A DNA stretch of 64,000 bases from Octopus sinensis (Eukaryota), in contig NC_043008.1 of assembly GCF_006345805.1 (NCBI RefSeq), positions 19,902,001 to 19,966,000 on the forward strand, given 5' to 3'. Under the pieces are notes generated by a model, which saw nothing but the letters and a program-made list of their open reading frames with translations, was not told the origin of the DNA and ran no database searches. Each line of letters opens with the position of its first letter. Position 1 is the stretch's first letter. Both the position numbers and the translations under genes were made by a program. This document shows, piece by piece, positions 39,476 through 52,068 of the stretch.

Positions 39476-39986
39476 GTGAATTGATCGCAGCCAATGATGA
39501 AACACACAAATATTCTGTGATCGAGGAATGTTTTCGAGACAATTTTATTCATTAAATTTGAGGATTCGTTTATGTTTAGAATACGTGTATGTAGATCTTT
39601 TAAAACAAGAGTGTAGGCGTGCTAAAAAGTTTTTGGCTTTTGGTTAAAAGAGAATACAGGAGGGTTAGTTAATTAGGAGGGTATTCCATATATTATTCAC
39701 ACAGGGAGTAATATATTGATTCACACACTTATTGCAGCGGACCTTCAGTTTCTCTAAGCTCAGAAATTTGGGCATAGACCTAAAAACGTTTCAGCGCCCG
39801 CTCGTATTCACTTTAATCCTTTTGGTTTCGCAACGTCAAAGTTACAAAGTCCAGTATTTACGTTCTTCGAAATTGGTTGTTAAATTTTTGTGATAAAAGA
39901 ATGTATGAAGGTGGTGAATTTTGGCTCGTCATTTCTATAATTAATTATTTACATTAATTACATTTGTCCCCCTCTTGTTTTTTGTT

Positions 39987-40032
39987 AACACAACGTCTCG
40001 GCTGATGTACCCTCCAACCTTCATCAGGTGTT
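39987..40032 (-). ncRNA. Minimal type-I hammerhead ribozyme with one core substitution, in a Penelope-like remnant (~39950-40085) next to (TAA)n
   Basis: rc: AACAC-CTGATGA-A-GGTTG-gagggtacat-CAGCC-GAGAC-GTT-GTGTT. Stem I 5 bp perfect; stem II 5 bp with one GU; zero-loop ACGT stem III; GAAA reads GAGA. Confidence 0.75.
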
Positions 40033-40219
40033 TTGGGGAAATTTCGAACCTGGGTTCTTCTCATTCCCAAGGTATTTTTCGATGTTATTATTATCATTAT
40101 TATTATTAGTATTGTTATTAGTATTATTATTGTTTTTGTTGTTGTTGTTGTTGTTGTTGTTATTATTTGTATTATTATTATTATTATTATTCAGTTCACT
40201 GGCTGGAATCGAACTCCGA

Positions 40220-40372
40220 GTTCAGTTTCCGTCTAGTAAATCCACTCACAAAGATTTGGTCGACCAGAGACCATAGTTGAAGGCACTTGCCCAAGGATAC
40301 CACGCATCGGGACTGAACCCCGAAACATGTAGTTTGGTAAGCAAGCTACTTACTACACAGCCACGCCTGTGC
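40220..40372 (-). mobile_element. SINE-B 5' half
   Basis: ttcagtttccgtcta..aaatccactcacaa...cacttgcccaagg...gggactgaacc. Confidence 0.88.
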
Positions 40373-40794
40373 TTATACACCACGCCTGCGTCTATAGTAT
40401 AAAAAAAATCATTTCTCTTGTGCTTTGATGTTCACAAATACACGCGAATATCTATTTATCCATTTATATTTATTTATGAAAATTGTCATTAGTCACGTAT
40501 TTCATTATTACATGTCCAGACGCCGACGATAGCCTAATATGTTGCTCAGTTTCGTTCTATGCTTTCATTATTTTAATGACGTATATTTTAATGTGATATT
40601 CTGTTTTTCCAAACAGACTTCTATTGCAAGGAAGATTCTTACTAACAGATTAATCATTATCTTTATTCTATAAACAACACTCGAGTATTTGCCTGCTTCA
40701 TGAAACTGCATGAGATCTCTTTATTGATTTCAGCCACATTGAATGATCGGATGGGGGGATGAAGAATTAAATGAATCAACCATCAGTTCGCCCG

Positions 40795-40837
40795 TCTGTG
40801 TCTGTCTGTCTGTCTGTCTATCTAGCTGTCTGTCGAC

Positions 40838-40924
<87 letters not shown>

Positions 40925-40988
40925 TTAGCTAGCTAACTGTCTGTCTGTCTATCTAACTATCTATCTATTTATCTACCTACCTACCTAC

Positions 40989-41075
<87 letters not shown>

Positions 41076-41207
41076 GCTAGCTAGCTGTCTGTCTGTCCAC
41101 CCATCTATCTATCCATCTGTCTGTCTATCTATCTATCTATCTATTTATTTATCTATCTATCTATCTATTTATCTATCAATCTTCCGGCCTATTTATCTAT
41201 CTATTTA

Positions 41208-41238
<31 letters not shown>

Positions 41239-41262
41239 CTATCTATATCTATCTACCTATCG

Positions 41263-41326
<64 letters not shown>

Positions 41327-41345
41327 CTATCTATCTATCTATCTG
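40795..41345 (+). repeat. Compound (GTCT)n/(ATCT)n/(ACCT)n/(TA)n microsatellite, ~550 bp
   Basis: Direct reading. Confidence 0.97.
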
Positions 41346-41764
41346 CATGCTGTCTGTCTTCTGGCTGGCTGGCAGGCTGCCTAAACGTTTGTCCATCTAC
41401 CTATCTTTCTATAAAGAAGTTATCTTGAGCAAAATATATCCCTACTGTGTGGTATAGATCTGCATGAAGTCTTCTAGTACATCATTAAACTGTGGTCAAA
41501 CCTGACGTCCAATGACGATATATGATTTTAGAGTGTACGTATTCTCGGCTGGACGAATGTGTCACAAATAACCCCCCCCCCACCAACTGATAACAATCAA
41601 CAAAAAAGAAGTATTATATTTATTTCACTTCATGGGGCTCTTCCTTCACAATCTCCAAAATCAGCAGCTCTTAACACAATCGATTTACCTCTAAAAAGCA
41701 GCAGTAAAAGTTGCCTATAAATTGCAAATGGCGCCGTTCCTAACCATGATATAGAAATGCATAC

Positions 41765-42201
41765 ATGTATGTGAATGTATGTGTATGTTTGTATATGTGT
41801 GTATGTTTGTGTGTGTTTATGTGTACGTGCGTGTGTTTGATTTTGTGTGTGTGTATGCGTGTGTATGTGTGTGCGTGTGTGTATTTGTGCGTGTTTGCAT
41901 GTGCCTGTGTGTATGTCTGTATGTGTGTTTTGTACGTGGATGTACGCGTGAATTGGTGTGTATGTGAATGTGTGTGTATATATATATGTGTGTGTATGTG
42001 TTTATGTTTGTGTGTGTTTATGTGTGCGTGCGTGTGTTTGACGTTGTGTGTGTGTAAGCGTGTGTATGTGTCTGCCTGTGTGTACGTCTGTATGCGTGTG
42101 CTTCTGCGTCTGTCTGCGCGTGTATTGTTGTGTATGTGCGTATGGGTCTATTGGTGTGTCTGTATGTACGTATGCGTGTGCGTGAATCTGTGTGTGAGTA
42201 T

Positions 42202-42236
<35 letters not shown>

Positions 42237-42250
42237 GTGTGTGTATTTAT
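41765..42250 (+). repeat. Cryptic (TG)n-rich tract, ~490 bp
   Basis: Direct reading. Confidence 0.92.
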
Positions 42251-42949
42251 GTGCTTGATAGTATGGGAAAATTTTTAATGCAATATTAGTCACTTTACAA
42301 AATTCTTACAAAAATCTGCCTAAAACTTGTTAGCAGCATTGTAACATTAACACGGTGTTTTCAATCCTTATGCTACAGCAGCAAACACTTAGCACGTCAC
42401 ATGTAGCCAGCATGACCCAGACGGCTAAGAATCACTTTGAATAAACATTGCATTTAATTATCGGATTGAAGCATTTTCCTGTTTGTGTCATTTTCAGTAA
42501 GTTGACGTTTTCAAGATTAGCAATAGCATCGAGTGGTCAACAAGATTTCTATTGATTTTCATCTCGTATTCTCAGACATTGCTTTTTAGTCACTGCGAAG
42601 TTTATGTTTCTTATGCCTGTCGCAAATTCAGCACCGTACTCTGCCACAAAATATATGTCCACTACAAATGCTTCAGTAATCGGCCACCCAAAGCCGTGTG
42701 TTGCGAGTACGTTATGTCCGTGATTGTGTATGTGCGTGAGAGAGTATGTGTATGTGTGTGTATGTATGTATGTGTATGAGTGTGTGTTCGGGTCTGAATG
42801 TATGCGATATGTATATGTATATAAATATATATGTATATAAATATATATGTATATATATATATATATATATGGTGGACAGGACAGGTCAGTTTTAGCTTCC
42901 CTACTATTATAAAGTAAACCTTTTTGAACTCATAATATTCTGTGCGTGT

Positions 42950-43350
42950 ATACCAATATTCTACTGAACTTTTTAATAATTCCTTCTGGAAATTATCTTG
43001 AGAATGTATAATATATTTGATATAATCTTTTGTGCCCAATATTTCAATGAACTTGTTAAACTTTTTTATGTTCTCGACATGCTCCTGTCACCAAAGAATG
43101 TATATATATATATATATATGGATTGTAGTACACTGTGTCAACCAATATTCTGTGCTTGTTTGAACATACAGATACAATACCAATACCAATATCCCACTGA
43201 ACTTTTTAATAGTTAATTCTGGAAACTATCTTAAGCATGTTCATGAGAATGATTATTTATGTAGTAATCTTTGTGCCCAATATTTTAAGGAACTTGTTAA
43301 ACTTTTTATGCCCTTAACATGTCCCTGTTACCAAAAACTGTACATATGTA
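42950..43350. repeat. Diverged local direct duplication (42950-43105 and 43184-43350)
   Basis: Shared blocks taccaatat..cactgaactttttaata, tctggaaa.tatctt, aatctttgtgcccaatattt, gaacttgttaaacttttt and cctgt.accaaa. Confidence 0.85.
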
Positions 43351-43526
43351 ATGTAGCAATTTGTAACAACCAATAATTAACGCAACCAAACTTCTACATG
43401 TTACTTTTGACAATCTTTTTCCAAAGAGTGAAACGGGTAAAGTAAATAAACATATTTTAAAATTGCATTTTCAAATCTTCTTTCGTATATAATTCCACTC
43501 GTGCGGTACCCTACAACTCCACTTTG

Positions 43527-43564
<38 letters not shown>

Positions 43565-43764
43565 TATATATATATATAACAATGGTGAGCAACAGGTTGC
43601 TTAGGCACATACCGCAAAATTAGAAGTAGCAGTCACATACAGCTTATTTCTATTTTCTACAAATATAACTCTACATATACACGTATAACAGATAAATGCA
43701 ATTTTGAAATTAATTAATTATTTCCCCTTATATTATTAATATATATATATATATATATAATCAA

Positions 43765-44150
43765 TCCAAACAAAAACAAACAAGAAAAAACAACAAAGCG
43801 ATGACATGGAACAAGTACAGTGTTATTGGACGCTCAGAAAAGGAAAGAAAAGAAAGAGGGTTTCACGTTTCGAGCGGAGCTCTTCATCAGAATTATATAA
43901 AAAGTTCAAAAGGGAAGCCGTAGAAAGAAAATTGCCAACGATGCACACACGATCACATATTGAAATGACTAGAAGGGAATGGGTGAAGAATATATATAAT
44001 ATTCTATATATTATATATATTATTATATATATATATATATATATATTATATAATATATATAATATATATATTGCAGCAGTAACTGGATCAATCCCTAGGT
44101 ATATCGAAGAAGAAGGAATTTTTTGATTCCGAAATCTGATATCAGACTAT
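43765..44150 (-). mobile_element. Penelope-like element remnant containing a minimal hammerhead core (43858-43893)
   Basis: rc: aatt-CTGATGA-A-GAGC-tcc-GCTC-GAAAC-GT-G-aaaccc. The surrounding sequence resembles a Penelope-type repeat I recall from Octopus (unverified). Confidence 0.65.
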
Positions 44151-44247
44151 GGATGGTTAAATTACACTAGTTATTATAGTGTTATATTGGTTTGTATGTG
44201 TGTGTATACATGTATGCATGTATATATATGTACATATATATATTTGA

Positions 44248-44302
<55 letters not shown>

Positions 44303-46274
44303 CCTATATGTACATGTATATATATATATGCGTGTGTGTATGTATGTGCGTGTGTGCGTGTCTGTGTAGGTGTGTGTAAGTAATTATCCAAGTATTGGGT
44401 ATGTAGCTAGTAGTTAGCCAATAAAGCATATTCACTGCCTTTGATTACCTCAGGGTTCGTGGAGTATATAGACAGAAAATGGAATATACGAAATAATTTA
44501 TTGCTCACATTCAACATTATCCCACCCAGGAAGGATCAATTCAAAATGAGTCGAAACGATCGTTATGAGCAATAATTTTAAAACATGCAACAGGCGTATT
44601 GCTGGCGACTTTAAGAAATAATACACAGGTAAATTTACAAAAAAAATGAATAATTCGTGAAAGTATGAGAGACAGAAGAATCGGTGAGTGGATAGTAGAG
44701 AGAGAAATGATGACAGCGGTATTGTCCTGGTAAAAAGGGTCGTAATACGAGCTCTAGAAATGACAAATCCCTAAAAGCTAATCGTTAAGATAAGGATGAA
44801 AATCTGTTGGAAATCCTTATCGATTTCACATTAATCTGTCCTCTACCATCGAAATCTTAAAATATACTCTGTTGTAAATTCAAAACATAAATCATTCCAA
44901 AAAGCCAAGCTATTAAGTCACGGTATGTGGTCTCAGGTTCGAATATCAGCAGTTATTCATTCACTTTAGATCATTAACAAAACGAAGGAAAACTGATCTT
45001 GTTCCAACTTTCATTTTTATCAATATAAGAATATATACACTAAATATAGGACAATTGTTTCCATTATTCTTGCACGAGATAAATGTTTATTAAATGTAGA
45101 TTGTTAAGTTAATTGATGCATTTGGTAGGTTCTGAACTAATGTTTATGACGAGATATAGACTAAGAGTAGCCGGATATCATAAGCTACTTATTCTTGAAA
45201 GCTACCAAATAAAATGTACGTAGATATTGAAAATATTTAATGAACTGATTTCGCACACAGTTGAAGGGTGGAAATGTTTGTAATATGATTATTCGATCTA
45301 TATCTAATTCTATTAAGCTTCCATCGATGGTTTAACATCAACACAAAACAAAAGCATTGCTACGTAGCCTTGCTAATTACGCTAAGACAAATTTTCCTCC
45401 TCGAATTTATTAAATGATGTAGAAAGGAAAACCAAAAGACAAATGTTTTCAGAGTAAAATACAGACAGTGTAAGAGCTAAGGAATGCGAGAGAAAGATAG
45501 AAGCAGGTATAGGATGAGGGGAAAGCGAGAAGAAGTGAGCAATATCATAAAAGAATTAAGATAGGGAATGTGTGTTATAGGCGAGGCGGGAATATTGATT
45601 ATTGCCAGAAAGTTTCGCTTTCCTCGAAGGAATATTGGATGATATAAATGAAAAGGAAATTCATTTAGTTTATTTTCTTTAATTCGTAGGCGTAATTATC
45701 AGACGAATGGAAGAGAAACGCATGCTATAAAGTTAGTTATTATTTGAGCTCTTAGCGACAAAATTTAAATAGTAAATACATTTATTAGTCAAGTTTATTT
45801 GTTATTCTTATTCGTTAGCGCAGGTGCAGCAGTAGCAGATACTATGCACAGTTGTCGGTTACTCGTTCCTTCTTTTGTCAGTTCATTTTATCTGTATCAT
45901 GGAGATATAACTCGTAAAGACCATGTCTACCTAAACCTGATCAAATACTATACGTTGGTATAATTGAAGGCCATCGAATCTAACAGCTGCACATTGAAAT
46001 AAAAGTAAATGTAATATCGGGTTTGCAGACCAATTATTGTAGATATGTTGAACTCCAATAAACTTAGAGGAGCTACAGAAATGCCTTTTGATAATGGTTA
46101 CTTACGCGATTTATTTTAGAAATTGATAGCATGAACAGCAGAATAACACAAATAGAAGACATGTAGATTCTGGTGGAGTATTCACTTTCCCACCTTTACT
46201 ATCCAGAAGACGTTAGTTTTGGAAGATAACTGCTTATACACTGTAGATCAATGTTCACACATTCCGGATACTTA

Positions 46275-46701
46275 CGGTTTGAACGGCAGTTTTTTAAAAT
46301 GATTTCCACGTAACTAAACACTTCTAAACTTCGTATACTTGTAGATTGTGTTTATGAAACATCTTTTTCTCTTGGCTTTATTGCGAAAATTCCATAGTCT
46401 GTAAGATATTTGTTGTTTTCTTTTCTTTAATTTCTGCAATTTCAACCAATCACTGACTTCTATTGAGGTAAAAAAACATTCTCTGTCGTATGAATATGTC
46501 CCTCGTTTAAGAAACAGATTGGGTTTATTTACATTTCCGAAGAAAAAAAGATACCCTCCCCCCACCCCTAACCCTAAACCTAACTAACACTAAGTAATCG
46601 TAACCCTAAAACAGATTGAAATGCAATAGATTGATACTAGGGTCATAATTATGGGTGACAATTTCATGACACCGCTAGAAAAAAAACTGCCGTTCAAACC
46701 G
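46275..46701. mobile_element. MITE-like element with perfect 21-bp inverted repeats and internal telomere-like cctaaccctaaacctaac
   Basis: cggtttgaacggcagtttttt (46275-46295) and its exact reverse complement (46681-46701). Confidence 0.85.
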
Positions 46702-46926
46702 AAAAGGTCCCTATCTACTGTGGATAAAACAAAGTATTGCAAAATGTGGTGTTTGTATTACTTCTAGATATAAACTAAGGGGATAATCTCCATGACTATA
46801 TAACTGTTGCGCGTCAGGTTTCCTTGTGCCGGCACGTAGTTGAAATTGTTTTCGTCAACTGCTCGCATACGAAAACGGGTTATTTCACATATCCCACCTC
46901 AGTTAATTAATATCACATTTAATTAA

Positions 46927-47320
46927 TGGATGGAAGCACTCCGTCGGTACCGACGACGAGGGTTCCGGTTGATCCGAATCAACAGAACAGCCTGCTCGTG
47001 AAATTAACGTGTAAGTGGCTGAGCACTCCACAGACACGTGTACCCTTAACGTAGTTCTCGGGGATATTCAGCGTGACACAGAGAGTGACAAGGCCGGCCC
47101 CTTGAAATACAGGTACAACAGAAACAGGAAGAAAGAAAGAGTGAGAGAAAGTTGTGGTGAAAGAGTACAGCAGGGATCACTACCACCCCCTGCCGTAGCC
47201 TCGTGGAGCTTTAGGTGTTTTCGCTCAATAAACACTCACAACGCCCGGTCTGGGAATCGAAACCGCGATTCTATGACCGCGAGTCCGCTGCCCTAACCAC
47301 TGGGCCATTGCGCTTCCACA
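46927..47320 (-). mobile_element. SINE-C full length, tail type 2
   Basis: rc head gcgcaatggcccagtggttagggcagcggactcgcgg...ttcgattcccagacc (tRNA-like) plus the family core. Confidence 0.92.
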
Positions 47321-47545
47321 TTTAATTAATATACGAATAATGAATACTGATAAAAACACAGGAATACCTGCTTAAGATTTCGCTTTTTATATTTTCAAAT
47401 TTGGTCTTTGCCGTTTTGAGATTCCTGTCTATATAAACGGCGGTTACACAAAGCCATTTTATCAGATCCTTTTGTGACAATTAATGCATTTTATTTGCGA
47501 ATCTCAATACAATTTAATTGGAATCTAAAATTTCATGTCATTTAC

Positions 47546-47698
47546 CTGCTGCCCTCAGTGACCTGTTCATTTACACGCAAACATGGCTTCCAAGCAAATA
47601 AACCAAACTTGCAACGGTTTCTATACTGACACCTTATAGATGTGTCGGGTTCTTTGAAAATCCTTCCCATATAAATCTTTTCGCTTATATACATCGTT
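47546..47698 (-). CDS. Candidate internal exon (153 nt, phase 2-2)
   Basis: Long pyrimidine tract ending ctatcgtttctccgcag|, open frame TMYISEKIYMGRIFKEPDTSIRCQYRNRCKFGLFAWKPCLRVNEQVTEGS, donor CAG|GTAAAT; phase-compatible with 51306-51403. Confidence 0.55.
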
Positions 47699-47980
47699 CT
47701 GCGGAGAAACGATAGAACGTTTGCGAGAAGTGAGACGCTAGACTGAGAGAAAGAGAGAGCGGGAGTGATAGGGAGAAAGTGAGTGAGTAAGAAAGAAAGC
47801 GGACGAGTGAAGCAGAGGCCCAAGGACTACTGAATGGCAGATGAGTGAATGGCAATGTGAGACAAAAAAGAGTCATTAGTGAATGAAGAATGGAATATCT
47901 ATTATATTTGAATCCACCACTCCCTCATTTACAACAGTAATCTCTTTTGCAAATCTTCAGATGGCAGGACACCACGCTAA

Positions 47981-48372
47981 TCTCTCTATATATAAAGCTG
48001 AAGTTTTCTGTGTATGGCAGGTTTGGTAGCCTTCAACGAACACTATCTCTTCCGAGACCCTGCGGCGCAAGTTGACCAAAATTGAAAGTATGATAGAAGA
48101 AGGCTTGCTCCTCCTTCCATAGAAGATAAAATTCAAATCGGATCATGTTAACACCCAAAATTATTTACATCAAAAAGGTGCTTTTTTTCTATGAAAAGCC
48201 CTATCTTTTACGATATTTTTACTGCTGTGTCGCCATTTTTCGGTGTATTTCCACCAGAAAAATGTTCACGTAAGGAGAATAACAAGCGACATAATGCAAC
48301 ATTTTTACTTTTCAAAAATTGAAATTCTAAACGGTCGAAACAAACCCGAGCAACGCCGCGCGAGACTTCTAG
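47981..48372 (+). mobile_element. Non-autonomous Helitron
   Basis: A|TC start, CTAG|T end (AT target, no TSD), GC-rich subterminal remnant cccgagcaacgccgcgcgag. Confidence 0.8.
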
Positions 48373-49329
48373 TCTATAATAATCCTCAAACCGTGCATCA
48401 AGACGAACACACAAAATCTCTTGGAGTGTCACTCATTATGAATAATAACTAAGGAATATAAGCACGTGAGATTCTCAAAACAAAAAAAATATATATTAAC
48501 ACAAATGAATAAATAAAAAACGCAACGATTGTTCCATTAAATGACCCACTGACGTGACATGCAGTTATCTATCATTTTGCCAATTCGGTTTTGCAATGTT
48601 TTTTTCGATGATTATGGCAAATAAACATTTTAACAATTCTCCGGATATATAATTGCTCTTTAACACCTCGCCTCTTTTGTCAATGACAAAAAAATATTGC
48701 TACTTATATTCTTCTCAGACAATTTATAAACGTTAACATCAAGTATGGGAATGTATTTCCAAACGCTTTACTGAGCATTATGATCATCGTATCTAATTCA
48801 TAACTATTTTTTTCTTCAAATCGACCGAATGATTCCAGGGAACTGTAAGAATTACCGATCATTTTACGATTAATGTTCCAAAACGTCTGTTATCTAGACA
48901 ATGAAAAATGATCATTTTTATTCCCAGAGAAGCGTCATGTTTACTGAAACATTTCGCCAGTAATATCTTGTAAAGGTGTGAGCTACATTATTTTACCAAC
49001 TTCCAATATGTGCACAGATTTATTTAGAAATAAATCTTAATATCCTGTGGAACTTTTCTTATTATTTTCCACCTCCGTTGCATTTATTTCCCTTAGCATC
49101 ATCGGATTACATTTGCCTCCGCTCCACCAAAAAAAGCAGAAAAAATGGCGACGGTGGTGTATCAGGTGTCGGATGATTTCCGAATGGAAGAACACAATTT
49201 TATATACACGCATAGATATATACACATATCAAAAATACCTACAAGGACATACAGACAGACCCGCGCGCGCGCGCGCACACACACCACACACACACACACA
49301 CATACATAGACATATATTCTTTAACATAT

Positions 49330-49744
49330 TTCAGTAATTTGCTGGAGCACCGCCTTTAGTCGAACAAATCGACCAGAGGACTTATTCTTTATAAGTCTAG
49401 CATTTATTCTATCGGGCTCTTTGCCGAACTGCTAAGTCACGGGAACGTAAACACACCAGCATCGGTTGTCAAGCGATGGAGGGGAAAAACACAGATAGAC
49501 ACACACACGCACACGCAAATATATACATATATATATATAATATATATATATATATACGTACATGCATGCATGAATACACTCATAAATACGACTGGGTTCT
49601 ATCAGTTTCGGCCTACCAAATCCACTCACAACGATTTGGTCGGCCCAAGGTTATAGTAAAAGGCACTTGGCCAAGTTGCCATGCAGTGGGACTGAACCCG
49701 GAACTATGTGGTAAGGAAGCAAGCTTCTTACCACACAGCCACTC
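49330..49744 (-). mobile_element. SINE-B near full length
   Basis: Reverse complement of the family. Confidence 0.92.
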
Positions 49745-49934
49745 ACATAATGAAATAATATATTAAAATCAGGTTATTATATTTACAACACTATTGCAGA
49801 AAGTCAGCAGCCAAACGTGTGCTTAATCAATTCTATCCTACACCAAACAGACACAACGACTTGAATTCACACTATGTTTCAATTAAGTATCGTCACGTTT
49901 TACACCACAAAATCACAGCCATTCCATCGCTGTT

Positions 49935-49935
49935 A

Positions 49936-49984
<49 letters not shown>

Positions 49985-50082
49985 TAATTGATTCAATATA
50001 TATATATATAATATTATATTTATATATATATATATATTATTTATATATATATATTTATTTATATATATATGTATATATATAG

Positions 50083-50148
<66 letters not shown>

Positions 50149-50235
50149 CACATATATATAATACATGTATACATACACACATACATAAATACATACGTGT
50201 ATGCCTGCATATATACATATACAACCACATATATG
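49935..50235. repeat. (TA)n-rich tract
   Basis: Direct reading. Confidence 0.95.
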
Positions 50236-50334
50236 TGCATAAACGTTTGAATATATTATATAATATATAACATTACATCATACGTAGACATTTATATTAG
50301 ATTCTATATAAACATGTATAATACATTATATATC

Positions 50335-50620
50335 ACATGACCGACCAGACCATCAGATGTTGTTACACATCGCTGGTCACAATGCGTTCGCATTGTTTTA
50401 GCCTTCGAATGACGCCATCCCGCTGGCTAAGCGAGCAGGCCAACAGAAGAAAGAGTGGAAGAAAGAGTGGTGAAAGGGTACAGCAGGGATCACCACCCCC
50501 TGCCGGAGCCTCGTGGAGCTGTTAGGTGTTTTCGCTCAATAAACACTCACAACGCCCTGTCTGGGAATCGAAACCGCGATCCTGCGACCGCGAGTCCGCT
50601 GCCCTAAACCACTAGGGCAA
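50335..50620 (-). mobile_element. SINE-C, tail type 3
   Basis: Same head/core as 46927-47320; different 3' region (cttctgttggcctgctcgcttagccagc...ctggtcggtcatgtga). Confidence 0.9.
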
Positions 50621-50922
50621 ATGTTTCATGCATCGTGGTTTATTATTTAAGCTTTCGTCGATTCGTATTTGAAGTTGTTTTGCGTTTATGATAAAATAAA
50701 TATATGCAAATTATAAAAAAAACATATAATACTGTGCTAAACTCTACGTCGTGGATTTTTACTCATCGCGGGAACTTTTCGAACGTAGCACCCGTGATAA
50801 TCAAAGGATTACCGTACACATGTGTGTGGGTGTATGTGTATGCATGTATGTATGTATGTATGTATGCATGTATGTATGTATGTATGTATGTATGTATGTA
50901 TGTATGTACGTATGTATGTATG

Positions 50923-50961
<39 letters not shown>

Positions 50962-51126
50962 TAATATAATATAATATAATATAATAATAGAATGTTAAAT
51001 GTTAATTCTGTTTGCAAAAGTACTTTCATACATTAAATTATGCAATCTTCATGTTCATGTAGTAGTGGTGACAGTCATGCTTCACAATTTTTGACTGTAG
51101 CGAGATGGTTAAATCTGTGCAATATA

Positions 51127-51196
<70 letters not shown>

Positions 51197-51305
51197 ATGT
51201 TTGTATGTATAAATGTAGTTATATTTCGGTTTTATTATGTTCTTTCCTTGCCAAATAAGTACATGCACTACATATTAGTTTTTCACCCGTTTATATTGTC
51301 GTTAC

Positions 51306-51403
51306 TTATTGCCCTTCTCTGGAAATCTTTGATCACATATATGTAACATCTTCAGCGACTTTTCTACCCTACGTGTATACTCCTTTACTTCTTGGTCCAT
51401 TCC
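51306..51403 (-). CDS. Candidate exon (98 nt, phase 0-2, or terminal if read through to the adjacent TAA)
   Basis: acattccag|GGA; GMDQEVKEYTRRVEKSLKMLHICDQRFPEKGN; donor AA|GTAACG; strong purine-first codon bias. Confidence 0.5.
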
Positions 51404-51504
51404 CTGGAATGTCGTTGAAGAGCTCACAGAAGTGTGAATGTAATTTTGCAGATAATGAACGTAAAATAAAACAAAACAAGAGACGAATGAAGAACGAACA
51501 TATA

Positions 51505-51555
<51 letters not shown>

Positions 51556-51840
51556 GTATGTATGTATGTATGTATGTATATGTACGCATGTATGTATATG
51601 TGTATACAAGGAATATGGCATGGCATAATGCTTAACGTCATTTTGTCCTTACGTTCGGAGATCAAAAACCACTAATGTCGAATTTGTCTTTCATAATTTC
51701 ATGGGCGTAAAAATAGGTACCAGTTGGCAACTGGGGTCAATGTAAGCGACTTTCACCATCCTCTGACTTCCTTGCCTTGAACTCTATATTTGAAACTGAT
51801 ATCCATCTATCTATCTATACATACACACACACACACGCGC

Positions 51841-51909
<69 letters not shown>

Positions 51910-52021
51910 GTGTAAATATGCACAAATGAATAGCTACATGATTATTACATGTGGATATATATGTATATATACGTACGTATTTGTGTACATATATATGCAT
52001 ATATACATATATATGTATATG

Positions 52022-52068
<47 letters not shown>

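Noticed and set aside
44498-44575. 10-bp inverted repeat enclosing GAAAC-GATC-GTT
   Set aside because: The right half looks like a hammerhead, but there is no CUGANGA or stem II; at best an unrecognisable relic.
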